DNA of 64,000 nt from Nitrosomonadales bacterium (GCA_036676355.1 JAKFDA010000072.1:77705-141704); one strand, 5' to 3'; shown: positions 37,604-46,801, counted from the first letter of the stretch. Made by a program: numbers and translations. Notes: generated from the sequence alone by a model not told the origin.

Positions 37604-37626
37604 GTGGAGGCGCGCAGCGCCTCTGC
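37604..37626 (+). repeat. Conserved hairpin (copy 2): GTGGAGGCGC-GCA-GCGCCTCTGC
   Basis: Same hairpin as 36958-36980. Its two left-arm substitutions become G-U/U-G wobble pairs in RNA. It lies 34 nt after the lipoprotein-2 stop. Confidence 0.6.
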
Positions 37627-37967
37627 AATTCGATTCGGCCGATCACGCCGGCCGTATTCGCACCGCGGCGGCCGCAACGGCCGCCGCGTTATCGAAGTCG
37701 CTTTGAGATACCCGCACTAGGCTCACCCGGCGCATTGCCGGACAGTGCTCGGCATGGCCCAGGCCGCTTACCGAGCCTGCGCCAATTCGCCCTTTGATGC
37801 CCCTTATGTCGCCCGCATCGCCGATAAAATGCGACGATGACGGTGCGCTGTGGCGACGATCTTCGCCCGAGCGTTCCGAACGCGAATCGCGCGCGGCCTG
37901 ATGCGCGGTCTGTTCACGAAAGCGAAGATTGAAATTCGTTCAATACCTCAAATCCGTCGCTGATCGG

Positions 37968-40376
37968 ATGTCCGCACCTTGGCGTATCGCCAGGGCATCG
38001 GATCAACCCGCGCTTACCCGCATAAAGGCCGTCTTCACCGGGCTGGTGAGGCTGGCGGTCGCGGCGGTCTTGCTGCTGGTGGCGTACACGCTGTTGCTCA
38101 TCCCGTTCACGCCCGACGTGACGAACGCGTACAAGGGCAGCACCGAACAACCCTCGGTGCTGCTCTCGTCCGACGGCAAGACGCTGGCCTCTTATCGACG
38201 CATGAATCGCAGCTGGGTGAGCCTCGACAAAATCTCGCCGCACGTGGTCAAGGCGCTGATTGCCACCGAGGACCATCGCTTCCACGAACACCACGGTATT
38301 GACTGGCGACGCACGCTGTCCTCCGTTGCACTCACGCTTTCCGGTGATCTGCAGGGCGGCTCGACCATCACGCAACAACTGGCGCGCAATCTCTACCCGG
38401 AGCAGATGGGGCGCTCGCGCTCGGTGACGCGCAAGCTCAAGGAAATGATCACCGCGCTCAAACTCGAGTACGTTTATGACAAGACGGAAATCCTCGAGCT
38501 TTATCTCAACACGGTGCCTTTTCTCTACAACGCCTACGGCACCGAAATGGCGGCGCGGACCTACTTCGACAAACACGCCGCCCAACTCGATGTGCTGGAA
38601 AGCGCGACGCTGGTCGGCATGCTCAAGGGCACCTATTACTACAACCCGCGCATTCATCCGGAGCGGGCGGTGGAGCGACGCAACGTGGTGCTGTCGCAAA
38701 TGGCCAAGCGCGGCGTGCTGACCGAAGCAGCGGCCGCAAGTCTGCAAAAAAAACCGCTGCGGCTCGATTTCGAACTGCAGACGGAAGCCATGGGTCCGGC
38801 GCCGCATTTCGCCCTGCATATCAAGAACTGGCTGATCGACTGGGCCGACCAGAACGGTTATGACGTTTACGCCGACGGGCTGCGGGTGCACACCACCATC
38901 GACAGTCGATTGCAGGCTCTCGCCAATCAGGCGGTCGAGCGCCAGCTCACCTACCTGCAGGCCGTGGCGGAGGTGGAATGGGCCTCGCCATCCAGACGTC
39001 TGCTTTCCACCGATCCGCAACGCTATGTCGCATTGAGCAAGCGCGTAACGCCGTTCGAACATTTCTGGAACAGCAAGGCCGATCTGCTTGCGCAATTCAT
39101 CGCCGCGAGCCCGGAGTACAAGAAGGCGATCGCCAACGGCGACGCCGAAGAAGCGGTATTGGCCCAGTTGCGCGCGGATGGCGCCTTCATGAAAAGACTG
39201 CAGTCCGACAAGACGCGGTTGCAGGCCGGCTTCGTGGCGATCGAACCGTCTTCGGGCGCCGTGCGCGCGTGGGTCGGCAGCCGCGATTTTTCGACCGATC
39301 AGTACGACCATGTCAGCACCGCGCAGCGCCAACCCGGCTCGACCTTCAAGGCTTTCGTGTATGGCGCGGCGTTGCAGGACGGCATGTCTTCGCGCCAGAC
39401 TTTTCCCGATGTGGTGGTCGAAATCCCGATGCCGGACGGCAGCGTGTGGCGACCCTCGGATGCGCGCGGGCCGAGCGGCGAACAAATCAGCATGCGCGAC
39501 GGCCTGGTTTATTCGAAGAACACCATCACGGCGCAGGTGATGCGCGAGATCGGTACCAAGCGGGTGGTCCAACTCGCACAAAAGATGGGCGTGCGCGACA
39601 GCAAGATGACGCCGGTGCCGTCGCTCGCGCTCGGTACGAGCCCGGTCACACTGCTGGAAATGGTCACGGGCTACGCCACGATCGCTGACCGGGGTCGCTA
39701 CAAGGCGCCGTGGCTGGTCTGGCGCATCACCGATAAGGACGGCACGGTGCTCGCCGAGTTCAGCCGCGAGAGCGAAGTCGCGATGAAGGAGGAAACCGCG
39801 GTCGAGCTGGTCGACATTCTGCGTGACGCGATCGACGAAGGAACGGGCCAGGGCATCCGCACCCGATTCGGTATCGACGCCGACGTCGCGGGCAAGACCG
39901 GTACCACGCAGAGCAACGCGGACGGCTGGTTCATCCTGATGCATCGCCAACTCGTGGCCGGCGCGTGGGTCGGCTTCAACGATCCGCGCGTGCATATGCG
40001 CAGCGGGTACTGGGGGCAGGGCGGTCATAACGCGCTTCTCGTGGTGGGTGATTTCTATCGTCACGCCTTGCGTGCGCGCCTGATCAACGCGTCGATGCGT
40101 TTCCCCAATCCGCCGACTGAAAATATCTTCCGCAACTGGTACGAAGAACTCGAACGCCAGTTCCGCCGATGGGGCGGTGAAGAGCAGTCGCCGCCATCGC
40201 GCGCGCCGGCGCAGCGACGACCGCCTCCATCCGACGAGGAGTCGGAGGACGAATCCGCCTATGCGGATATCGAGGAAGCGGCGCGCGATGTCGAGCAAGG
40301 CCTGCGCAAGCTCGAAGAAATCGGCGACCTGATTCAGCGTCGGTTCGGCGGCGCGCCCGAGCGCGAGGGGCGCTAG
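37968..40376 (+). CDS. Class A penicillin-binding protein (bifunctional transglycosylase/transpeptidase, PBP1A family)
   Basis: GT51 motifs are ATEDHRFHEHHGID and GGSTITQQLARN. Transpeptidase motifs are STFK, YSKN and KTGTT. It has an N-terminal TM anchor and an acidic low-complexity C-terminal tail. The start is ATG 37968 or TTG 37929. Confidence 0.9.
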   Translation: MSAPWRIARASDQPALTRIKAVFTGLVRLAVAAVLLLVAYTLLLIPFTPDVTNAYKGSTEQPSVLLSSDGKTLASYRRMNRSWVSLDKISPHVVKALIATEDHRFHEHHGIDWRRTLSSVALTLSGDLQGGSTITQQLARNLYPEQMGRSRSVTRKLKEMITALKLEYVYDKTEILELYLNTVPFLYNAYGTEMAARTYFDKHAAQLDVLESATLVGMLKGTYYYNPRIHPERAVERRNVVLSQMAKRGVLTEAAAASLQKKPLRLDFELQTEAMGPAPHFALHIKNWLIDWADQNGYDVYADGLRVHTTIDSRLQALANQAVERQLTYLQAVAEVEWASPSRRLLSTDPQRYVALSKRVTPFEHFWNSKADLLAQFIAASPEYKKAIANGDAEEAVLAQLRADGAFMKRLQSDKTRLQAGFVAIEPSSGAVRAWVGSRDFSTDQYDHVSTAQRQPGSTFKAFVYGAALQDGMSSRQTFPDVVVEIPMPDGSVWRPSDARGPSGEQISMRDGLVYSKNTITAQVMREIGTKRVVQLAQKMGVRDSKMTPVPSLALGTSPVTLLEMVTGYATIADRGRYKAPWLVWRITDKDGTVLAEFSRESEVAMKEETAVELVDILRDAIDEGTGQGIRTRFGIDADVAGKTGTTQSNADGWFILMHRQLVAGAWVGFNDPRVHMRSGYWGQGGHNALLVVGDFYRHALRARLINASMRFPNPPTENIFRNWYEELERQFRRWGGEEQSPPSRAPAQRRPPPSDEESEDESAYADIEEAARDVEQGLRKLEEIGDLIQRRFGGAPEREGR

Positions 40377-40405
40377 ATGTCGCGCATCGAACCGATGCGC
40401 GACAT
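40377..40405 (+). terminator. Perfect 13-bp-stem hairpin immediately after the PBP stop codon
   Basis: ATGTCGCGCATCG-AAC-CGATGCGCGACAT starts at the nucleotide after the TAG stop. No U-tract follows, so intrinsic-terminator status is uncertain. Confidence 0.4.
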
Positions 40406-40664
40406 CCTCGGCACTTAATCGGACATTCCCTAAGCCTTTTAAATTCGACGCACGACAGTGCGGCCGCTAAAATCGCGCCGCCCTTTCGGCGCATGTCGAA
40501 GCACGGTTCTCGCTGCATCGAACCGTGCGGTGCCGCCTCCCTTTGGCGACACGGGTGTTCCGTTCTACTCCCCGAATAGCAAGGCGCTCGTCGCTCGTCT
40601 ATTTTCTGGCGAGCGCGCTTGATTCGATCGTGATTTTCAAACAACAACAACACAGGAGCATTTC

Positions 40665-41786
40665 ATGATTCGCACTGTAGTTCTACGCGCCGCGGCGGCC
40701 ATCGGCATCGCGGTTGCAAGCACCGCGTTCGCGCGAGGGCCGATTCTTGTCGGTCAATCCGCGCCGCTGTCCGGCCCGAGCATGGAAGTCGGCCAGGATA
40801 TACGCGCCGGCGCATTGGCCTATTTCAACAAGGTCAACGCCGCGGGCGGCGTGAACGGTCAAAAGATCGAATTGATCTCGCTCGACGATGCGAGCACGAC
40901 GTCCAGATCGGAAGCCAACACCATCACCCTCGTCGAACAGCGCAATGTGATCGCGCTGTTCGGCTATGGCAGCGCGACGTTGAGCGTGCCGGCGCTCGGT
41001 ATTGTGGAACGCGCGAAGGTGCCGTTCTTCGCGCCATTCAGCGGCGCCGATGTGCTGCGTCAGGCCAATCCATACGTTTACAACCTGCGCGCGAGCTACG
41101 CCGACGAACTGGAGAAGATCGTCGAGCACTACAGCACGCTGGGCATGAGCCGCTTCGCTGTCCTTCACTATGATGACGCGATAGGCAAGCAGAACCTTGG
41201 CGCAGTGGAACGCGCGCTGAAAAGCCACAAGCTGTCCGCAGTTGCGGCTGCGCCGATCAAGCGCGGGCAGACCGATGTGGCGGCGCAGGTCAGCGCCATT
41301 CTGAACGTCAAGCCGCAGGTCGTCATTGCCACGACGCGTTTCGACGGCACGGCCGAGTTCATCAAGCGCGCGCGCCGCCAGGGTTCGGCGGCGCAATTTG
41401 TCAGCACCTCGTTCGCCGGCGCGAACGCGCTTGCCGAGGAACTCGGCGGTGAGGGCGTTGGCGTGTTGATGTCGCAGGTCGTTCCGACACCATCGCGCGG
41501 CTCCGTGCGGATCGTGAAGGAATTCAAGCAGGCGATCGCCAGTGTGGCCCCTGAAAGAAGCGAGTCGTTCACCGCGCTGGAGAGTTTCATTGCGGCGAAG
41601 GCGCTTGCCGAGGGCATCAGGCGCGCCGGTGCGAATCCGACCCGCGCCGGCTTGCTGCGCGCGCTCGATTCGCTGCACGATTACGACGTCGGCGGCTACG
41701 CCGTGCGTTTCTCCCCGGAAAATCGCAACGGCAGCACGTTCGTCACGCTGACCATGCTCGGTCGCGATCTGAGCTTCCGCGAATAG
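40665..41786 (+). CDS. ABC transporter periplasmic substrate-binding protein (LivK/branched-chain amino acid type, Peripla_BP_6)
   Basis: The signal peptide is followed by ILVGQSAPLSGPSMEVGQDIRAGALAYFNKVNAAGGVNGQKIELISLDD, the typical family opening. No cognate permease or ATPase gene is adjacent. Confidence 0.85.
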   Translation: MIRTVVLRAAAAIGIAVASTAFARGPILVGQSAPLSGPSMEVGQDIRAGALAYFNKVNAAGGVNGQKIELISLDDASTTSRSEANTITLVEQRNVIALFGYGSATLSVPALGIVERAKVPFFAPFSGADVLRQANPYVYNLRASYADELEKIVEHYSTLGMSRFAVLHYDDAIGKQNLGAVERALKSHKLSAVAAAPIKRGQTDVAAQVSAILNVKPQVVIATTRFDGTAEFIKRARRQGSAAQFVSTSFAGANALAEELGGEGVGVLMSQVVPTPSRGSVRIVKEFKQAIASVAPERSESFTALESFIAAKALAEGIRRAGANPTRAGLLRALDSLHDYDVGGYAVRFSPENRNGSTFVTLTMLGRDLSFRE

Positions 41787-41802
41787 AGACGGTAAAGGTT
41801 TC

Positions 41803-41834
41803 GGCGCAGGGGGGACGTTTGCCTGCCCTACGCC
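41803..41834. terminator. Imperfect hairpin between convergent genes
   Basis: GGCGCAGGG...CCCTACGCC forms a 9-bp stem with one mismatch. It lies between the SBP stop (41786) and the PEP-CTERM gene stop (41932). No clear U-tract follows. Confidence 0.25.
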
Positions 41835-41931
41835 GTAAACCGGTAGTTGCGCACGAGTTCGACCAAGCGCGACTAACGCAATCGAATGTCGCTGTTCTGA
41901 ACGCTCGCGCCGTGACTTGAATGCAAAGGGC

Positions 41932-42774
41932 TCAGTCGCGCCGGCGGCCCCGACGTACGTAAACGAAGGCGAGCAATGCCACGCCGAACAGTGCCGTGGG
42001 GCCGGGCTCGTCCACCTGTTGCAGCAGCGCTTGAACGGCGAGCGATGGCTGCGCCGAAATGAAGAAATAGGGCTGAAATGCGGTGGTGGCATTCTCACGC
42101 GTCATCATGCCGAGGCACCCGGGCGCGAGCGCGACGGCGCGGCAAGCGTCCGGTAGCAGCGGGACGACACCGGGCGCGATGATCGAAATCGTATAAAGCC
42201 ACTCGTCGAACGCGAACTGGATGGGCTGCAACTCCGCCGGATTCGCGAGCGCGAAAATATCGCGGCAGCCGCGAAGATTGAGCGGATCGAAAATCGACGT
42301 GCCGTCGGCGCACACGCGCGATGCCGGTCGATTGGGCGACTCATGGAAGAGCAGATCGAACTCCAGCGTCGGCCCGTTCAGCGTAAAAGCGCCATTGAAC
42401 GGCGGATTGGGCGCAATGGGCGCCAGTCGCAGCACATTGCGCAGTGTCACCGTGTCGAGTGTGAACTCCGAAGGATTGACATGATTGTGGTGCAATAGCC
42501 CGGAGCCGGGCGCAAAACCGAAGGTCGAAACGACGCCGCTGCTGTTGCCATCCGCGATCAGGGTGTTGCGTTCGCCCGAACCCCAGCTCAACGTCGTCGG
42601 CAGATTCAGCGCTTCGCCGGAATTGCCGCTAACCGAAATGCCGTCTCCGCTGTAGTCCGAGAAACCGATTTCATCGTAATACTGCCATTGCGTAATCAGT
42701 GCGGCGTTCGCTGCGCCGGACCAGGTAAACGCCGCGATTGCCGCGGCGGCCATGCATTTCACAACGTGCTTCAA
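41932..42774 (-). CDS. PEP-CTERM sorting-domain protein (predicted exosortase substrate)
   Basis: TTG start lies 6 nt after a GGAGGA Shine-Dalgarno motif. The signal peptide is MKHVVKCMAAAAIAAFTWSGAANA. The C-terminus VDEPGPTALFGVALLAFVYVRRGRRRD comprises a PEP-like motif (DEP), a TM helix and a basic cluster. Confidence 0.8.
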   Translation of the reverse strand: MKHVVKCMAAAAIAAFTWSGAANAALITQWQYYDEIGFSDYSGDGISVSGNSGEALNLPTTLSWGSGERNTLIADGNSSGVVSTFGFAPGSGLLHHNHVNPSEFTLDTVTLRNVLRLAPIAPNPPFNGAFTLNGPTLEFDLLFHESPNRPASRVCADGTSIFDPLNLRGCRDIFALANPAELQPIQFAFDEWLYTISIIAPGVVPLLPDACRAVALAPGCLGMMTRENATTAFQPYFFISAQPSLAVQALLQQVDEPGPTALFGVALLAFVYVRRGRRRD

Positions 42775-42837
42775 ACTTCATCCTCCATCGAACCGGCGAC
42801 CGCCCGATGCGTCGCCACGGAACCGATGGAACGATGC

Positions 42838-42869
42838 AGTTCACAAGCCGGGATTCGGGTTTGTGAACT
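42838..42869 (-). promoter_or_regulatory. 9-bp perfect inverted repeat (AGTTCACAA-N14-TTGTGAACT) upstream of the PEP-CTERM gene
   Basis: It lies 64-95 nt upstream of the start codon at 42774. It could be an operator or a 5'-UTR hairpin. Confidence 0.3.
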
Positions 42870-42959
42870 TGTTTTGCAGTTGAAGGGTGCGTGCCATGAA
42901 GTTCCTCGATATCGGCGCATCGCCGCGGTGGACAAAGACGTGCGCGCAATGCGCCGGAT

Positions 42960-43928
42960 TCAACAGCCCAATACGCACCGGCCTTTACTGTCGAACTGCA
43001 TCGGCTTGCCGCTTAGCGGTATGTACACCGGGACCTTGGTCGCCTCCTTGAAGGTTGTGGTTTTGGTCCGGGGCAGCAGCTTGCCGTTTTGCGTGGCGGC
43101 TTCGTTCGCATGCGAGGCGATGACGCCGTTCGGTTTCACCAGTTCATTGATGACGTAGGCGGCTTCGGTCGGGCCGGTCGTGAAGGTGCCGCCGATATTG
43201 AGTACGGCGAGGCTTGCCTTGTAGAAGCGGCGCACAACCATATCCTGCTCGGCGGTGATGCCGGTGTCGCCGGACAGATAGACCACCAGGCCGTTGGTGA
43301 ACATCAATACATATCCACCGGGCGGGCCGATGTAGGCGGTGAGGCCGCTGGCGGCGAGCGCCTCGCCGTGGCCGTGATCGAGAAATTTCGGATCGAGACC
43401 GTTGCTATGCACCGCAGGTACGCCGGCAATTGCAACGCCGCCGACTTTTGTCAGACCACCGAAGCGCAATCCCTGCACTTGCGCGGGATCGCCGCCCGCG
43501 GCCTTCAACTTCGGCCCGAAGAATGACGGCATCTCGCCGCCGAGTATCAGCTGCGCTTTTTTCGCGACGGCGATGTTCACGGTATTGGATGTCGGCGTGA
43601 CCTTCACCGAAAAATCGGGTGCCGCGCAGGTTCCCGCATTGGCTTCGGGTTGATGCACATCGCCGAGATGATCGCCATGCACATGGCTCAACAGCACCGC
43701 ATCGCTCTTGCCGAGGCGCGGATGTTCGCCGCCGCGCACCGTCCTGCCCGCATCGTAAAGAATGCGCGTGCCGTCTGGGTCTTCGAAAATCAATGCGCGG
43801 TCATAACGGCAGAATTCGCCGTCATGGCTGCCCAGCGGCGTGACCGTGACATTCGCTGCAACAGATTGAGTCGCCATGCCGACAAAACCGAGCGACAGCA
43901 CGATCAGGGCTCCGGACAATTTCTTCAT
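42960..43928 (-). CDS. Secreted MBL-fold metallo-hydrolase
   Basis: ATG at 43928 follows an AGGAGA Shine-Dalgarno motif. The signal peptide is MKKLSGALIVLSLGFVGMATQSVAA. The metal-binding motif is LLSHVHGDHLGD. Confidence 0.8.
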   Translation of the reverse strand: MKKLSGALIVLSLGFVGMATQSVAANVTVTPLGSHDGEFCRYDRALIFEDPDGTRILYDAGRTVRGGEHPRLGKSDAVLLSHVHGDHLGDVHQPEANAGTCAAPDFSVKVTPTSNTVNIAVAKKAQLILGGEMPSFFGPKLKAAGGDPAQVQGLRFGGLTKVGGVAIAGVPAVHSNGLDPKFLDHGHGEALAASGLTAYIGPPGGYVLMFTNGLVVYLSGDTGITAEQDMVVRRFYKASLAVLNIGGTFTTGPTEAAYVINELVKPNGVIASHANEAATQNGKLLPRTKTTTFKEATKVPVYIPLSGKPMQFDSKGRCVLGC

Positions 43929-43992
43929 CGACCTCTCCTTGACGTAGCGCATATCGTTGAGCGGCGGGCGAAGTGCAAGTCCGGCGAGGCCC

Positions 43993-44541
43993 TCACAGCG
44001 GCAGCCCGGCCTGCGTCGCGCCGTATCGGAGCGCTCCGTCGACGATGCGCGCAGCGGATGTGTAGGGATGCTCCACTGCCTTGCCCTTTTCCATAATGTG
44101 CAGCACCTGCGTGCCTCCGGCCTTCAAAGCGTCCGCAATCATCGAGCGATGACAGCGCCACCAGACCGCTTCCGAGCACAACAACGCCGCACGCCGTGCG
44201 CGTGCGGCGTCGACGAATCGTTCAAGACCGTCCTTGAACGCCGCCGTATCCATGTAATCGGCGTAGCCGCGAAAGGAAACATTGCGCCACACGGTATGCG
44301 GCGAGTCCGGTTTCGCCGTCCGGCGTCCGCCCAGTTCGGCAAACGCCTCGTAGGCAATGCCCGATTGCGCGAGCGACGCAGCGAGCGGTTCCGGATTGAA
44401 CTGCGGATACTTGCGCGATCCCGCGTGGCGGCGCACGTCTCCAACAAGTTCGATCCGCTGAGCGCGAAGCAGCGCGAGAAATTCGTCGATCGTGCGAGTC
44501 GAATGCCCGATGGTCCAGACAGTGAGCGGAGCGAGGGACAT
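43993..44541 (-). CDS. DUF488 family protein
   Basis: TVWTIGHSTRTIDEFLALL..., YADYM... and ALLCSEAVWWRCHRSMIAD form the characteristic DUF488 pattern. Confidence 0.8.
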   Translation of the reverse strand: MSLAPLTVWTIGHSTRTIDEFLALLRAQRIELVGDVRRHAGSRKYPQFNPEPLAASLAQSGIAYEAFAELGGRRTAKPDSPHTVWRNVSFRGYADYMDTAAFKDGLERFVDAARARRAALLCSEAVWWRCHRSMIADALKAGGTQVLHIMEKGKAVEHPYTSAARIVDGALRYGATQAGLPL

Positions 44542-44606
44542 GAAATTTGTGGGTGGCACGGCAAGCTATGGTGTACGCGTTTGCTGCAGGATCGGTGCCG
44601 CGCCGG

Positions 44607-44939
44607 TTAATCGCCTGTCGGCGCGAACATGATGATCGCCATTCCGGCGAGCGCGACGGATGAGCCGATCAGATCCCATGTCGTCGGCCTGATGCCGTCC
44701 ACGGTCCAGAGCCACAGGATCGCCACGCAGACATAAATGCCGCCGTATGCCGCATAAACCCTTCCTGCCGCGGTCGGATGCAGCGACAGCAGCCACGCGA
44801 ACAACGCCAGACTCAACGCCGCCGGTATCAGCAGCCACACGCTTTTGTCTGCACGAAGCCAGAGATAGGGTAGATAGCAGCCGACAATCTCGGCGACCGC
44901 TGTTACGACAAAGAGGGAAATCGTTTTCAGTTCGAACAT
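44607..44939 (-). CDS. ynfA: YnfA/UPF0060 family small membrane protein
   Basis: 110 aa with 4 TM helices. The sequence ...[14 protein letters not shown]...[12 protein letters not shown]...W matches YnfA. Confidence 0.8.
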   Translation of the reverse strand: MFELKTISLFVVTAVAEIVGCYLPYLWLRADKSVWLLIPAALSLALFAWLLSLHPTAAGRVYAAYGGIYVCVAILWLWTVDGIRPTTWDLIGSSVALAGMAIIMFAPTGD

Positions 44940-44992
44940 GGCGCCGCACAAAAAGAAGCGAGGCGTCGAAGATAACAGCCGCAAAGCCACCT

Positions 44993-45187
44993 TCAGGTTT
45001 TTGTTCCCAAGGCCTTTTCGATTTTCTTGTCGGTCTTGTATTGACTCAACGCATACACCGCCCAGATTGCGGCCGGTATCCAGCCGATCAGCGTGAACTG
45101 CAGGATCAGGCAGATGATCCCGGCGATCGGGCGGCCGATGGTGAAGAATACGAAGAACGGCAGAAAGAGCGCGAGTATCAGGCGCAT
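44993..45187 (-). CDS. YqaE/Pmp3-like small membrane protein
   Basis: 64 aa with two TM helices. The segment ...[15 protein letters not shown] resembles the Pmp3 signature. Confidence 0.55.
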   Translation of the reverse strand: MRLILALFLPFFVFFTIGRPIAGIICLILQFTLIGWIPAAIWAVYALSQYKTDKKIEKALGTKT

Positions 45188-45275
45188 AAGGGATCCTTTG
45201 CGGGCGTGTTCATTTCCGGTGATGGATTGGGCGAGACCGGTCGAGCGGGGCGCTCAACCGGTCGTGCGCGCCATA

Positions 45276-45719
45276 TCAGGCATTGTCGCCGCCGCGCAGC
45301 ATGGCAAGGCCGCGCGAGATCAGGTCGTCGTGATTCTCCGGAATTTTTCCGTCGGGCGTCAGTCGATCGACGATTTCGGGCAGGATGCGCGCCAGCGCCA
45401 AACTCGTTTCACTTTTCGGTGTGCCGAGTTGCGATGCGATGTCGCCGATCGTCGAAGGCCCGAACGCCTGCTCGAGCTGTTCACCGGACACCTCCATGTT
45501 GGGGCCGGTGCCGATCCAGGATTCAGCCTGCTGCCCCAGGCCCTTTCTGCGCAGCAGATCAAGCACGCCGGACAGACCGCCGTACTGCTGCAACAGGGAC
45601 ATGGCGGCCGTAATCAAATCATTGTCGTCCTCGCCGCCGAGACCGTCGAGCAACCCGCCCAACGGGCCCGACGACTGCGACGCTGCATCGTTGCCGAAAA
45701 TTCCATTCAAGAGTCCCAT
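45276..45719 (-). CDS. YidB/DUF937 family protein
   Basis: MGLLNGIFG...GGLSGVLDLLRRKGLGQQAESWIGTGPN..VSGEQLEQAFG...IASQLG is the typical YidB pattern. Confidence 0.7.
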   Translation of the reverse strand: MGLLNGIFGNDAASQSSGPLGGLLDGLGGEDDNDLITAAMSLLQQYGGLSGVLDLLRRKGLGQQAESWIGTGPNMEVSGEQLEQAFGPSTIGDIASQLGTPKSETSLALARILPEIVDRLTPDGKIPENHDDLISRGLAMLRGGDNA

Positions 45720-45964
45720 AGCGATCTCCCGAAGAAGAGTTAGGGAATGGCTGATCAAGTGCCGAGCTGTACGAGCGAGGACAAAGCAATCAATCGCTTA
45801 TGCGAAACGAACTGGCGATCGCCTCGATCAAACAACCTTAATCAGAGCTTCCTTAGCCGTACTCGGTACACCGGCACCGCGCCGCTGCGCCGAGGCGAAA
45901 TGGAATCATGCGAACCTTATTCCCAGAGCATTTTCCATTGAAACGTTGTGGACGAAATCGAACC

Positions 45965-46801
45965 TCAGGGTTGCGCCGCCGCCTGGCCAGCAACGTGCCG
46001 GCGAATCTCGCGCAGCTTCGCTTTGAGGCGTTGCCTGTTGTCCGGCCCGGCGCGCAGCAGCATCTTCTGGCCGGCCGATAAAGCCTCGAGTTCGGGATTG
46101 ACGAAGCGGTAATTGACCCACGGGCGTACCCGTTCCGTCTCGCTCTCGACCGCGGTCAGTTTGACCTTGAGCGGACCGGCCGGATCTGGCGTGGCGAGCA
46201 GGTGATCGATAACAGCGACCAGCCGGTCGTTGAAATAGGCGTCGGGATAGCCCAGGTCCTCGTATGCGCGCTGGAAAAGCGCGTAGTGTTTTTTGTAGAG
46301 CGCGGCCGCGCCCGCCACGTCGACGGATTCGATGAAATGCACGAACGGCACGTAGCGTTTGCTGTTCTCGTCGCTGATCACGCCCTCGCTTTCGCTTCCT
46401 TCCACGGTGAAGCGCGTCGGGGCCGGATTCACCGGCCATACTTTCGGGCTGGCGTGGCTACGCGCCAGATTGTCGACCGTGGCTACCGCGCGCATGGGGA
46501 AGTCGTTGATGCGCAGAAACGAAGCGACCGCGTCACGGCCGAGCAGATCGATGAGCGCGGCATCGATACGCTGATCCGCTTCCTCCAGCGTCGGCGCGGA
46601 GGCAGCGTCTTTTTCCGTGGGCGTCACCGACTCGATCGGGTACTTGATTGCCGGTGCTTTGGGCGCGGGCTGCTCGATTTGCGGTTCGGTTGTGGGCGCG
46701 GCGATGTCCGCCGGCGGTGGCGCTTGTCGCTGCCACCACAAGAACGCAGCGCCGGCGGCGGCGACTACCAATAGCGCAAGGACGAGTACGGTTTTATTCA
46801 T
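45965..46801 (-). CDS. DUF3014 family protein (N-terminal membrane anchor)
   Basis: A TM anchor and Pro-rich linker are followed by ...LLGRDAVASFLRINDFPMRAVATVDNLAR...YVPFV..., as in DUF3014. Confidence 0.65.
   Translation of the reverse strand: MNKTVLVLALLVVAAAGAAFLWWQRQAPPPADIAAPTTEPQIEQPAPKAPAIKYPIESVTPTEKDAASAPTLEEADQRIDAALIDLLGRDAVASFLRINDFPMRAVATVDNLARSHASPKVWPVNPAPTRFTVEGSESEGVISDENSKRYVPFVHFIESVDVAGAAALYKKHYALFQRAYEDLGYPDAYFNDRLVAVIDHLLATPDPAGPLKVKLTAVESETERVRPWVNYRFVNPELEALSAGQKMLLRAGPDNRQRLKAKLREIRRHVAGQAAAQP

Noticed and set aside
37914-40298. 794-aa minus-strand ORF antisense to the PBP gene. Similar very long ORFs occur at 3933-5588, 7401-8636, 9313-10659, 30714-32495 and 49919-52267.
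   Set aside because: The translations are Arg/Ala/Gly/His/Pro-rich with no recognisable motifs. They lie antisense or out of frame to genes with unmistakable family signatures. Long spurious ORFs are expected at this GC content.
42880-42896. TGGCAC hexamer (minus strand) upstream of the PEP-CTERM gene, a possible sigma-54 promoter.
   Set aside because: The -12 position reads CTTCA: there is no GC dinucleotide at the required 12-nt register. It is therefore not a credible sigma-54 promoter.
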